A stretch of 47,537 nt of DNA. It comes from an uncultured Spirochaetota bacterium (GTDB taxonomy: Bacteria; Spirochaetota; UBA4802; UBA5550). The stretch lies in NCBI GenBank assembly GCA_963827275.1, contig CAWHAA010000011.1, forward strand, positions 1-47,537, written 5' to 3'. Below are positions 36,378 through 46,053 of the stretch, piece after piece. Numbering within the stretch: position 1 is the stretch's first letter; every line of letters begins with the position of its first letter. Position numbers and translations under genes: made by a program. The notes under the pieces were generated by a model. That model saw nothing but the letters and a program-made list of their open reading frames with translations. It was not told the DNA's origin and did no database searches.

Positions 36378-37464
36378 GTGGATGCTTCTCCCGCCGCGCT
36401 GGCGGCATCGATCAGGAAATACCGCAATATTCTGATCATCATCAAGGGCTCGCCAGATCCTGACGCCATCGCGTCATCGTTCGCGTTGAGCGCCCTCTGC
36501 CGCAAGCTCGGAGTGTCCAGCACCATCATCTCTGGCAAAAAGGTGTCACTCCCCGAAAACCGGATGTTCATCGCCACGCTGAATATACCGGTTCGCTTTT
36601 CGCCCGACCTTCCGGACATCCGTCATTTCGACGCGTACATCGTGACCGATTTCCAGTCCCCCTCGGCGCATGAAATCGCCGGCGACCTGCCCTGCGCCGT
36701 GTTCATCGACCACCACGAGCATGACGGCGAGGAAGCCCGGGCCGATTTTTCATTGAGAAACACCGATGCGGGATCAACCAGCACCATCATCGCACTGCTT
36801 CTTAAAGAGATGGGCGTGAAGCTCGAGCTTTCCGACATGGTCCCGGTCTCCACGGCCCTCCTGTACGGCATCTATACCGATACGGACAAGTATTCCCATG
36901 CGGGAAGGCTCGATTACGAGGCGCTTGACTACCTCTCGGGATTTTCCGATCATGAGGCATTCAATAAAATCAGCTCGACCCCGCTGTCACGGGAAACGCT
37001 CGAGCTCCTTAAAACAGCCATCCGCGTCAAGGTCGCGCACAAGAACTGGCTCATCGCCGGCCTGGGGTATGTCGGCGCCGACAACCGGGACAGCATCGCC
37101 GTGATCGCCGACTTTCTGCTTAAGCGTGAAAAGCACCATGCGGTCGTCGTATTCGCGGCGATCGAGAGCGCCGACGGGAGCCGGCTCACCCTTGACGCGT
37201 CGCTCAGGTCGGAAAGCGACATGCTCAACCTGAATGACATCATCAAGGCCATTACCGCGGAGGGCGGCGCCCGTAAATTCAAGGGGGCCTACCAGGTCAA
37301 CATGGATTATTTTTCTCGACTGCCCGGACCGCGACCTCCTCTGGGACGTGATACGGCTAACCACGATCGAAGTCTTCAAAAAGACCAGGGACGAGCTATA
37401 TGTCACCGAGATTAAGGGGTTCTACAACAAGCTCAAGAACAGGATTCGGCGACGCCTGGGCTGA
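36378..37464 (+). CDS. DHH-family phosphoesterase, apparent +1 frameshift near 37310-37314
   Basis: PDPDAIAS, IDHH and GIYTDT motifs. The natural-looking C-terminus (DCPDRDLLWDVI...RRRLG) lies in another frame ending at TGA 37462-37464. Confidence 0.8.
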
Positions 37465-37470
37465 GGGCCG

Positions 37471-40400
37471 TCAGAAGAGGAGGGTCAAATGCGCCCCCAC
37501 CTCTACCGAGAAAATCTCCTTTCGGATGTTCCCCGTGTACCGGTTGCGGTACTGCTCGAGCGCAAACCGCGAGCTGAACCCTCCCTGGACGTTCTTATGC
37601 AGATCGAGGGTAAGCTTGCTGGTGACGAGGTGAAGGTCATACGGCTCCGGCGACACGGTGAAGGTGTAATCGTACCGGTTGAGCTTCATCGCGTATTCGA
37701 GTGTGTAGATCGGGAACGCCGCCAGCCGGTAAAAGCGGGAGAATATCTTGAAAATCCACTGCACATCGGTCTGGAAGAATATGTTGAAGCTGTAGCCGGT
37801 ATCCGTCTCCTTGAACAGGGCATACTGCGCCATGTTGTTGATATACACCTGGTCCTTGTATGAGCGATTGAGGAGATTGAGCGAAATGTACGGCTTGCTG
37901 TACCGCTTCTTGAGATTCACCCCGAACTCGAAGCTCAGGCTGGCGCGGTCCCGCTTGAAGCTGAGTCCGGCAGCCGGCGTGTGGACCTGTTCCTCGATAT
38001 TCTGCGTGACAAGCATGTTGGTTTCGAACCTGTAGCCCGTCGTCATGAATGCGGCATGGTAGGGGAGCCCCTCCTTGTTCGGCCTGAAAAACCAGAAGCT
38101 CATCAGCTTCATGAGATCGTAGTTTACCGCCAGGTCTACATTCGCCGTGACCACCTGGCTCGGGACACCGTACACGCTCTGCCGCTCGCAGACCTGGTTC
38201 AGGCCCGTGTTCGATGTGACGGTCACCTTGCCCAGGTCCATCTGCCAGTTAACGGCGAAATTATCCAGGAGCCTCAGGGTGTTCTCATAATCCTCTGTCA
38301 CCTTCCCGTTGGCGTAGATAACCGGAATGTTCATGGTGGTATGGATGTAGTCGCGCGCCCGGGCATAGTTGTTCCTGCCGATGAAAAAGCAGAATGGATA
38401 ATACTTGAATATATTGAGGGCGGCGTTTGCCAGACCGTTTACCGCCCTGCTCATGCCGAAGCGCTCTTTCATCGGGTCATACCGCTCGCCCTCGTAGGGA
38501 ACGTTCTTCTCGGTGAAATACAGCGAGCGGTTGTAGCTCAGCGAAAGCGTCCGGAAAAACTTGAGCGCTTTCACTTTGTGAAGATAGATCGGGACATCAA
38601 TACCGGTGCCCAGAAGGGTACGGGCGTCCTTTCCCCTCTTGTACCCACGCAGCGGCTCCTTCATGAGATCGTAATCATGAAAATTGTTCTCGAAATACTG
38701 GATATCCACCTTGTATCCGGGCGCCGCATAGGTGAAATCGCCGAGACCGGCCGATATGGCGAACACCTTGTTGCGTTCGACGAACTTGCAGTTTTTATTG
38801 TACACGAAAGGAAAATGGAAATCGCCGTTCAGGTTATAGAGTATCTCGGAGCTGTTTACCCCTGATTTTCCCAGCCAGGCCACGACCTCCTCGGAGCCCA
38901 CCTGGAACGCGGGACGGAAATAAAAATAACGGTGAAGATAATCAATGCCGAACCGGGCGTCGGTGCGCTGCCGCTTTTCAATCTCAAGCAGGGAGGCGAG
39001 CGATGCCAGGTCCTTCACCGTCAATTCGTACGACGTCCGGTTGATCCTCTCCTTTTTAAAAAGCATATCGAGGTAGAGCTCGGCGGTCACCTTGCCCCAG
39101 AGGAACTTTTCGATGATCTGCTTGTAGTGAATGACCGGGGCGTGATTGGCCAGCGTCTTGTTACGGGTGACGTCTTTGCTCGATATCTGCTCGGTTATCG
39201 TATTGTTGTAATCGTCATACTTGTAGATGATGCCGATGCTCGGTACGCCATTGAGGTCGGAGGTGTAATCGGTGGCGAAGATCACGCTGTTCTTGTTCGT
39301 CTCGCCGCGGCGCGATTCCTCCACCTCCTCGTTCAGGCTGTCGGTCTCCGAATCCTCCCTGATGTAATCGAGCTTCACGTTCCAGTTCGGGAGCACGGTG
39401 AACGACGAGAACACCTGGTTGTACTCCTCGGCGATGTCCTGGTCGGTTTTGCCGATCGTGCTGAAGCCGGCCCCGTGCCCCCTGTTGACGTACTTCACCA
39501 TGAAATCGGACATGACCGGCACCCCGCTTTTCGTGCGGTAAAACGGCTTCGTGACCTTTATTTCCCCTTCGTACCAGTGCGCCGAGTCCTCCACGACCTC
39601 CGGCTCCTCCAGGTATATCTCGTCCACCCAGAAGGAGCCGATGCTCGGCGGGGCCGCGGAGTATGCTATGATCTTCATAACGGTCACGCGCTTCAGGTCA
39701 GGCCGGCCGGCCATCTGCGCGGGGAGCACGAAACCGCTCGATCCTTTCTGGAGACACATTTTCATCTCGCGCCACACGCGGGGAAATTGCATCTTCATTT
39801 TGTAGACGATAAAATCATTGTCCGACGAGCCGATCATGATCCCGATCTGGTCGTTCGCGGTATAGCCGCGGAAGTTCACCCAGGCGGTGAGGGTCTTGTA
39901 ATTGCGGAAATCCATCGGCTTCGCAAATCGCCGGGTTGCCGATACGCTGGTGTACGCTCCCCCGATGCCATACTCGACCTTAAGCGCAGTCTCGCGCTCT
40001 TTTAAAAGATCGTTGTTATTCTGCACGCCGTACATGGCCTTGTATATGTCACGCATGACCAGAGAGAACGACTCGAGCAGGTATTCTTTGTCCTCGATGT
40101 TGTTTATAGTGGTGACCATTATCTGGTCAGGGGACGCGGTATCGTCATCGGCGCGAAGGTCCCGCCACTTCGGGGACACGAACCGTATGCCGTCGACATA
40201 GACCCTGCCTGTCGCCCCTGCGTTCTTTCTTACGGTTAGCCGCACTGATACTACGCTTTTCAGTATATTGACCTGGCTCTGGGACATGATCGAATGGTCG
40301 AGATAGATACGCTTGACCTGCCATTTCCTCTCCGCTGCGATGAGCGGGACGGGGTCCGGAAAGGGGTACACGTTGTCCGTCGTATCGAGGATGCCGTTGC

Positions 40401-43074
40401 CGTTCAGGTCCTCGGTGGTAAGGACGCCGTCCCCGCGGGTTATCCTGTTGAGCCCGGGACCTCCGCCGACCCTTGTCGACGGGTGGCCCGTCTCGTTAAA
40501 GACATACCCGACGTCCTCGGTGATCCCAGTATTCGGGTCGCTGTCAATGATGCCGTTGCGGTTCACGTCCTCCGTGTCGTACGTGCCGTCGCCGTCCGCG
40601 TCCTCGTCGACCTGCCCCGCGTCCAGGTACAGCTCAACGTCGGTGGTGCCGTCGTAATAATAGGACAGTTCTACGTACTCAACGCCGGAGAGATCAACCG
40701 CCTCTTTTCCGAAGCCGCGCGTCACGATCGACGTATAGTCCCCGCTGCCGGTTGAGGGATTGTCGGCGAAATCCAGCACCAGGGAGCGCTGTGAAGACTG
40801 GGCAACGATTGAATCGACAACGTGCCCCGTGGCCACGTTGTACGGCCCGGTTTTGATCGAGTAATCGATCTTCGGGGCCGCATAGAGCATTCCCTTGAGC
40901 ACTGCCGGGTTGCCCGGGTCGCGATAATAGTAGTAATTCAGGATTCCCCGCCCGGTCGCCCAGGGGGCCCAGGAAGGCCGGGACGCCAGTATCCAATCCC
41001 TGTCGCTCATCGACATCACGATCACTTCCTCGGCTGCCTCCATGTTGTCCACCAGCGCCTTCCCGAAGGTGTTCACCGTCTTGTAGCTCTTGGCGTACTC
41101 GGCGTACCCGTTGATCTCAAGGGGGACGGCCTTACGCTTTTCACGGGTGAAAATATTGAAAAACTGGGCGAGCCGGCGGCCGTCGAGGTTCAGCGTCGTA
41201 TCGCCCTCGAAAAAAATCGTCTGCGTGGGTTCGCTTCCCACCGTGGGGATCTTCTCGTCACCGGAAGAGCGCGAATAGAGCAGGCTGCCTCCCACCTTGA
41301 GGTCGCGGCTGAACGCATACTCGGTCCTGAAACCGCCGACGAACTCCTGCTCCTGCGCAAGTGACGGGAGGTATTCGTAGCGGACCTCTATCGAGGTATC
41401 GGAACCGATCAGGGGGTTGGTTGGGCTGTTGAAGGTGATGTATCCAGCCGTATAATCCACGGTGTAGAGCGACGCGGGGATTACCCTCCCGTCAAGCTTG
41501 ATGACGACGCTGTCGGGAATGATATTCAGGTGGTTGAGCTGGAAGCTGCGGGCTTCCCTGAAGTAATCGATCTTGATTTTGTAACGCGAGTAATCATACA
41601 CGTTATCCGGCTGCCGCTCGGTATAAATAATCGACGCGGTACCCCCGGCCTCAAGCAGCTGCCGGAAGGGCTCCCGGTAGGTAAACTGGATCACGCCGTA
41701 CGTGTAATCGACGGCATACGGTCCGAGGCTCGAAATATCGCCCTGGGTCATTACGCCGTTCTCCATGAAAAAGCCGATGCTGAAGTTGTCAGGGAGAATG
41801 TAGCGGTCGCCGATGTAGTAGAACGACCTCACCTCGTACACGTCCGGGGCCGGGTGGTTCGGCGGCGGTACCGGATCATTGTCCAGGGAGTACCCGTATT
41901 TTAAAAACAGGAATATCTTGCCGGCAAAGGGTCCGCCCGGGTGCCGCGCGTCCGACGGCTGCAGCGCCGAGGGGTCGGCCGAGGCCCCCAGCAGTTTATA
42001 CACGACAAAGATCCGGGCGTTGTCCGGCACCGGCTTGAGGAACTGGACCAGGCCGGTCGAGTAGTTTATCTTGTAATCGACGCCCGACTGCGCCTTGGTG
42101 TAATAACCTCCGTAGACCGGGAGCTGCACCGCGTTCTGGTTATTGTAGGGATTCTGGTCGTCAACATAGAGCTCGAAGCCGTAGGGGTTGAGATTTACCG
42201 GTTGCAGCGCATAGTTTGGCGGATAGGGCGGCCCGAGCACGCCGTTGTAGCGAATGTACGGCTCGATCTGGTAGTAAACGCCCCGTACGTACTGGTATTC
42301 TGAGAGCTTGATATTGCCGGGCGTCGAATTCCCCCGGAACACCTCCACTTCCGTGTTGCCGCGTGTAACGCTCCCGAAGGCCTTTAGCATGAACCCTTTT
42401 TTTTGCAGGGTGAGGTCCACGCCGAGCCCCTTGGCGGTGTTGTTGTCATACACCGCATATTTAGATCCCTGGAAATTGATGTCGATCTCGCCGGCGTTTA
42501 TCTCGCGTATCAGCTCCTCGTCGCCGACCGCCTTGTACTTGAACATGTAATGGTTGTCGGTTTTCTTACTGTCATGATCAATGTAGATGGTCATCCGCTC
42601 GCCGATGTTCCCTTCCACGTGGATCTGGAGGTCCTGAGTCGGGTTAAACCCGCCCGGAATGACCCGGGAAACCGCCTTGTCCTCGTCGTACTCCTGGTAG
42701 CGCTTCCTTGTGAACATGGACGTGCCGTACACGAGGTTCAGGCCGAGGGATCCGTAAGTATTGATCCTGACGTCATCCCCTTTATAGAGAGAGATCTTCT
42801 TTTCCATGCCGTCGATTGCTTTATACCGCGAGGAGATAACGTAATCCTCCCAGTCGCCGGGGCGGTAGGAAAAGCTGTCATATGTTTCATTGATGGAGGA
42901 GGTATCGGAAGGCTCCGTGATGCGGAGCCGTGTCTCTTCGGTCAGCGCGTTATCATCAATATAGTCGAGCAGGTCCTGCCTGAAACCCTGGTCCCTCGCA
43001 TTGGCAATAACAAGCGCAGACACCGCGCCGGCAACCAGCGCGCATTGCATATAGCTCGTCAGATATTTCAGCAT
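37471..43074 (-). CDS. giant outer-membrane protein, SprA/Sov-like
   Basis: 1867 aa with N-terminal hydrophobic signal and C-terminal Phe. Segments VEGNIGERMTIYIDHDS, NIIPDSVVIKLDG..YTVDYTAGYITF, GFRTEYAFS..VGGSLLY and TEDLNGNGILD occur in the order recalled for SprA. Confidence 0.65.
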   Translation of the reverse strand: MLKYLTSYMQCALVAGAVSALVIANARDQGFRQDLLDYIDDNALTEETRLRITEPSDTSSINETYDSFSYRPGDWEDYVISSRYKAIDGMEKKISLYKGDDVRINTYGSLGLNLVYGTSMFTRKRYQEYDEDKAVSRVIPGGFNPTQDLQIHVEGNIGERMTIYIDHDSKKTDNHYMFKYKAVGDEELIREINAGEIDINFQGSKYAVYDNNTAKGLGVDLTLQKKGFMLKAFGSVTRGNTEVEVFRGNSTPGNIKLSEYQYVRGVYYQIEPYIRYNGVLGPPYPPNYALQPVNLNPYGFELYVDDQNPYNNQNAVQLPVYGGYYTKAQSGVDYKINYSTGLVQFLKPVPDNARIFVVYKLLGASADPSALQPSDARHPGGPFAGKIFLFLKYGYSLDNDPVPPPNHPAPDVYEVRSFYYIGDRYILPDNFSIGFFMENGVMTQGDISSLGPYAVDYTYGVIQFTYREPFRQLLEAGGTASIIYTERQPDNVYDYSRYKIKIDYFREARSFQLNHLNIIPDSVVIKLDGRVIPASLYTVDYTAGYITFNSPTNPLIGSDTSIEVRYEYLPSLAQEQEFVGGFRTEYAFSRDLKVGGSLLYSRSSGDEKIPTVGSEPTQTIFFEGDTTLNLDGRRLAQFFNIFTREKRKAVPLEINGYAEYAKSYKTVNTFGKALVDNMEAAEEVIVMSMSDRDWILASRPSWAPWATGRGILNYYYYRDPGNPAVLKGMLYAAPKIDYSIKTGPYNVATGHVVDSIVAQSSQRSLVLDFADNPSTGSGDYTSIVTRGFGKEAVDLSGVEYVELSYYYDGTTDVELYLDAGQVDEDADGDGTYDTEDVNRNGIIDSDPNTGITEDVGYVFNETGHPSTRVGGGPGLNRITRGDGVLTTEDLNGNGILDTTDNVYPFPDPVPLIAAERKWQVKRIYLDHSIMSQSQVNILKSVVSVRLTVRKNAGATGRVYVDGIRFVSPKWRDLRADDDTASPDQIMVTTINNIEDKEYLLESFSLVMRDIYKAMYGVQNNNDLLKERETALKVEYGIGGAYTSVSATRRFAKPMDFRNYKTLTAWVNFRGYTANDQIGIMIGSSDNDFIVYKMKMQFPRVWREMKMCLQKGSSGFVLPAQMAGRPDLKRVTVMKIIAYSAAPPSIGSFWVDEIYLEEPEVVEDSAHWYEGEIKVTKPFYRTKSGVPVMSDFMVKYVNRGHGAGFSTIGKTDQDIAEEYNQVFSSFTVLPNWNVKLDYIREDSETDSLNEEVEESRRGETNKNSVIFATDYTSDLNGVPSIGIIYKYDDYNNTITEQISSKDVTRNKTLANHAPVIHYKQIIEKFLWGKVTAELYLDMLFKKERINRTSYELTVKDLASLASLLEIEKRQRTDARFGIDYLHRYFYFRPAFQVGSEEVVAWLGKSGVNSSEILYNLNGDFHFPFVYNKNCKFVERNKVFAISAGLGDFTYAAPGYKVDIQYFENNFHDYDLMKEPLRGYKRGKDARTLLGTGIDVPIYLHKVKALKFFRTLSLSYNRSLYFTEKNVPYEGERYDPMKERFGMSRAVNGLANAALNIFKYYPFCFFIGRNNYARARDYIHTTMNIPVIYANGKVTEDYENTLRLLDNFAVNWQMDLGKVTVTSNTGLNQVCERQSVYGVPSQVVTANVDLAVNYDLMKLMSFWFFRPNKEGLPYHAAFMTTGYRFETNMLVTQNIEEQVHTPAAGLSFKRDRASLSFEFGVNLKKRYSKPYISLNLLNRSYKDQVYINNMAQYALFKETDTGYSFNIFFQTDVQWIFKIFSRFYRLAAFPIYTLEYAMKLNRYDYTFTVSPEPYDLHLVTSKLTLDLHKNVQGGFSSRFALEQYRNRYTGNIRKEIFSVEVGAHLTLLF

Positions 43075-43101
43075 ACCGTAACGGGAGTGCTATCGCTACG
43101 A

Positions 43102-44097
43102 TCACCATATCCTGCTCATGTAGGGATATGGATTGATCGGAAGATTGCCCAGCCTGATTTCATAATGACAGTGGTTGCCCGTGGCGTTCCCCGTCTGGCC
43201 AACATACCCGACGACTTCGCCTTTCTTGACCTCCTGCCCCTGGGAAGCCGCCACCCGCTGGCAATGACCGTAGAGCGATTCAAACCCGTACTTGTGCTGG
43301 ATCCTGACCATCCATCCATAGCCACCGCTCCATCCAGCCGAGGTAACGGTGCCTGCGGCAGTCGCCCGGATCTCCGTGCCCGGCGGCGCGGCTATGTCGA
43401 TCCCCGTGTGGAAGTCCCTGCCGTGCCCGAAGGGCGAGCGCCGCCAGCCGAACAGGGAGGTGATGTGGCCCGGGTTCGGCACAATAGACGGCGTGTCGCG
43501 CACGACCTTGCTGCGCACGTCGACGAAGTTCTTGACTGTCTTGATAGTATTGGTCGTGCAAATGATGTCCTTCTGCACGTTCTTGATCGTGAATATCTCC
43601 TCGGGGAGTATGTGCTGCATTTTCCTGAGCTCCGCAAAGTCCTTGGCGTCCATGTCGTCAAGGTCCCACATCTGGTCCACCTCTTCCGGCCCGGCCGTGA
43701 GCTCGTAGAGCTCCTCGATGTCCGGCTTCATCTCGTCAACCTGCTCGGCTATGTCGTTGGTGAGCTTTTCGAACCTGAGCAGGTGCGACCGGATGTCCTC
43801 ATACGTCATGAGAAGCCGCTGCTCTTCCCGCTTGACGGCCGCGTGGCGTATAACCGCGTATGCGGACGTTCCCAGGACCACCAGGAACAGGAGCATGAAA
43901 AATGATATGGTGAATTTCGATATCTGGAAGTTAAATATCTTCCGCTCGTTGTGGGGAATAAACATGACGGTCATCTTCTCATGGCCTTTTTCCACGAAAC
44001 CGTCCCGGAATTTCGCAAACTTCTTCCTGAAGACGTAATATCTCTCGAAGAACTTCAAGCGGAATCTGCCCTGGTATTGTTTGATTTTTATCTTCAT
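43102..44097 (-). CDS. M23 family metallopeptidase with N-terminal membrane anchor and coiled coil
   Basis: HTGID, YGH and GNHCHYE zinc motifs; TVMFIPHN N-terminal motif. Confidence 0.92.
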   Translation of the reverse strand: MKIKIKQYQGRFRLKFFERYYVFRKKFAKFRDGFVEKGHEKMTVMFIPHNERKIFNFQISKFTISFFMLLFLVVLGTSAYAVIRHAAVKREEQRLLMTYEDIRSHLLRFEKLTNDIAEQVDEMKPDIEELYELTAGPEEVDQMWDLDDMDAKDFAELRKMQHILPEEIFTIKNVQKDIICTTNTIKTVKNFVDVRSKVVRDTPSIVPNPGHITSLFGWRRSPFGHGRDFHTGIDIAAPPGTEIRATAAGTVTSAGWSGGYGWMVRIQHKYGFESLYGHCQRVAASQGQEVKKGEVVGYVGQTGNATGNHCHYEIRLGNLPINPYPYMSRIW

Positions 44098-44190
44098 CGT
44101 GCGCTATTGTCCCACTGTCTGCATTCTGCCACAGGCAACTCATTTTATCAAGAAATTTTTCAATCCTGCGGGCCCCCGCCGGGCCATGTC

Positions 44191-45009
44191 TTACGACCCG
44201 GTAAAGGACGGTTTCCGCTTCTGCGAGAAGGCCGTTACCGCCTCGAAAAGGTCGTTGGACGGGATGACCGCTGCGCTCATGACCGCGTTGAACAGGAGAT
44301 TTTCGTTTACCTGCGACGCTACCAGCTGGTTAAGTACGAGTTTCGTCGCTTTGACCGCTATCGGCGAATTCGCGGCAATCTCAAGGGCCAGTTTCTCCGC
44401 GCCCTTCATCATCTCCTCCTGGTTCTGAAAGACCTCGTTTACAAGGTTCACCGCTTCCGCCCTGCGGGCCGTAATGTTCTTGGCGGTATACGCCAGCTCG
44501 CGCGCAATCCCCTGGCCCACGATATTCGTGATGCGCTGCAGGACCCCCATGTCCGCAACGAAGGCCACGGCCACTTCCCGCAGAGAAAACTCCGCGTCCT
44601 CGGTGCACACGCGTATATCGCATGCCGTTGCCATATCAAGGCCGGCGCCGATGCACTTCGAGTGAATCGCAGCGATGACGGGCTTGCGGCACTGCTCGAT
44701 GCAGGAAAGGCCTTCCTGCATCTTTATTATCTTCTTATACAGGTTGAGTTTGACCCCGCCCTTCTGCTCTTTATCCATGAGCTCTGGTATCACCGGCATC
44801 ATGCCCAGCATGTCGATACCGGCGCAGAATATCGAGCCTTTGCCTGCGATGATGATGGCGCGGATCTGATCGTCATCGTCAAGGTCCTTCATGATCGGGA
44901 TGAGTTCGGTCCATGCGGGAGGATGCATTGCGTTCTTCTTCTCCGGCCTGTTCAGCCAGACCCAGGCGATCGGCGGTTTTTTCTCGACGCTGTAAAATTC
45001 ATATCCCAT
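44191..45009 (-). CDS. crotonase/enoyl-CoA hydratase family protein (dienoyl-CoA isomerase-like)
   Basis: LNRPEKKNA, FCAGID, CIGAGLD and ADMGVLQR; AGGAGG RBS before ATG 45009. Confidence 0.9.
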   Translation of the reverse strand: MGYEFYSVEKKPPIAWVWLNRPEKKNAMHPPAWTELIPIMKDLDDDDQIRAIIIAGKGSIFCAGIDMLGMMPVIPELMDKEQKGGVKLNLYKKIIKMQEGLSCIEQCRKPVIAAIHSKCIGAGLDMATACDIRVCTEDAEFSLREVAVAFVADMGVLQRITNIVGQGIARELAYTAKNITARRAEAVNLVNEVFQNQEEMMKGAEKLALEIAANSPIAVKATKLVLNQLVASQVNENLLFNAVMSAAVIPSNDLFEAVTAFSQKRKPSFTGS

Positions 45010-45164
45010 TGCACTCCTCCTGGTTAATCCGATGAACACACCGGAAATGTTAATGTTTCAGCGCCTGGAAAAAATCCTTGAACACTCTCAGACCTGAACG
45101 ACTTGAACCTAAGAACAGGAATAAATTATGCAATTAAAAAAAATGACATCCGGAAATTTGTCGC

Positions 45165-45433
45165 TTATCCACAAAGTTATCAACAGTATCCACATAAAAA
45201 CTAAAAAATAGACCTCCTAGAGTCTTAAAAACATATCACTTTTTGAATTATGTCACATTAAAATATTTCAGGTATCTTATATGACATAATATTCACTACC
45301 TGAAAAAATCAGGAGTTGGGCCGAAGATGAGCGAGGCAGCCCCCGGTTGAGCGTTACTTTCTCCTTCGACCCGCATTATAAGCCGCATGAAAAGAGGGCC
45401 CGGCAGTTCCCGGGTAAATGAAATTGTGAATAA
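45165..45433. promoter_or_regulatory. DnaA-box cluster in AT-rich intergenic DNA (candidate oriC or DnaA titration site)
   Basis: TTATCCACA 45165-45173, TTATCAACA 45177-45185, GTATCCACA 45186-45194, and TGTGAATAA 45425-45433 (TTATTCACA on the minus strand). Confidence 0.6.
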
Positions 45434-45609
45434 CTTTTTATTATTTGAATATTCTTTGAAAGTGTGAACTTAAAAAAATATTTATAAGGTGACGTGAAGA
45501 ATCTTCGGAATCATTTTTTAAAAAATTATTCCAGGGCAATAAATTAATTGATTAAATAATCGGTATATGTCACATACGTAGGAGCATCATATAACGGTCG
45601 GGGCACCAG

Positions 45610-46053
45610 GTGAAAATTGCAATAGCTTCAGATCATGGCGGCTTCAGACTTAAGGAAGCCATTATGCGATATTTTACGGAATTACAATTCGACGATGTCG
45701 GAACGTACACCGAAGAATCGTGCGATTATCCTGATTATATCGCAAAGGCATGCGCGAAAATCCAGAACGGCAAGGCCGATTGCGCCATTGTTATATGCGG
45801 CACCGGTATCGGCGCGTCGATAGCGGCAAACAAGATACAGGGCATCAGGGCCGCTCTCTGCTGTAATGAATTCATGGCCGAGATGTCCCGGCGGCACAAT
45901 AACGCGAACGTTCTGGCCCTGGGGGCCCGCGTGCTGGGCGACGAGCTGGCTGTACGTATCGTCGAGCGATGGCTCGCCTTCCCATTCGAGGGCGGGCGGC
46001 ACCAGCGGAGGATCGACAAGATACACGACCTGGAAGCTGACCGTAATAACAAT
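45610..46053 (+). CDS. rpiB: ribose-5-phosphate isomerase B (native stop codon lost at the junction)
   Basis: IASDHGG, DYPD, ICGTGIG, ANK, HNNANVL and FEGGRHQRRIDKI; the domain is complete by ~46040 and then reads into unrelated DNA. Confidence 0.92.

Noticed and set aside
37310..37314. Programmed frameshift or phase variation in the DHH gene
   Set aside because: A five-base T run is short for phase variation and no canonical slippery heptamer is present; an indel error is simpler.
37471..43074. Calling a complete type IX secretion system
   Set aside because: Only a SprA-like gene is visible, recognised by eye; no other components are in the window.
3145..45027. Long antisense ORFs (for example 3145-4110, 9851-11125, 13376-14491, 15670-16704, 38932-40005, 42403-43905, 43951-45027)
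   Set aside because: Each lies opposite a motif-supported gene and carries no motifs; expected shadows in GC-rich coding DNA.
45050..45120. CTTGAAC/CTGAAC repeats as part of a 6S RNA
   Set aside because: Only a short motif resemblance; no long complementary rod could be traced.
45682..46053. C-terminal 120 aa of the 432-aa minus-strand ORF
   Set aside because: Antisense of rpiB; the repeat pattern ends at the junction.
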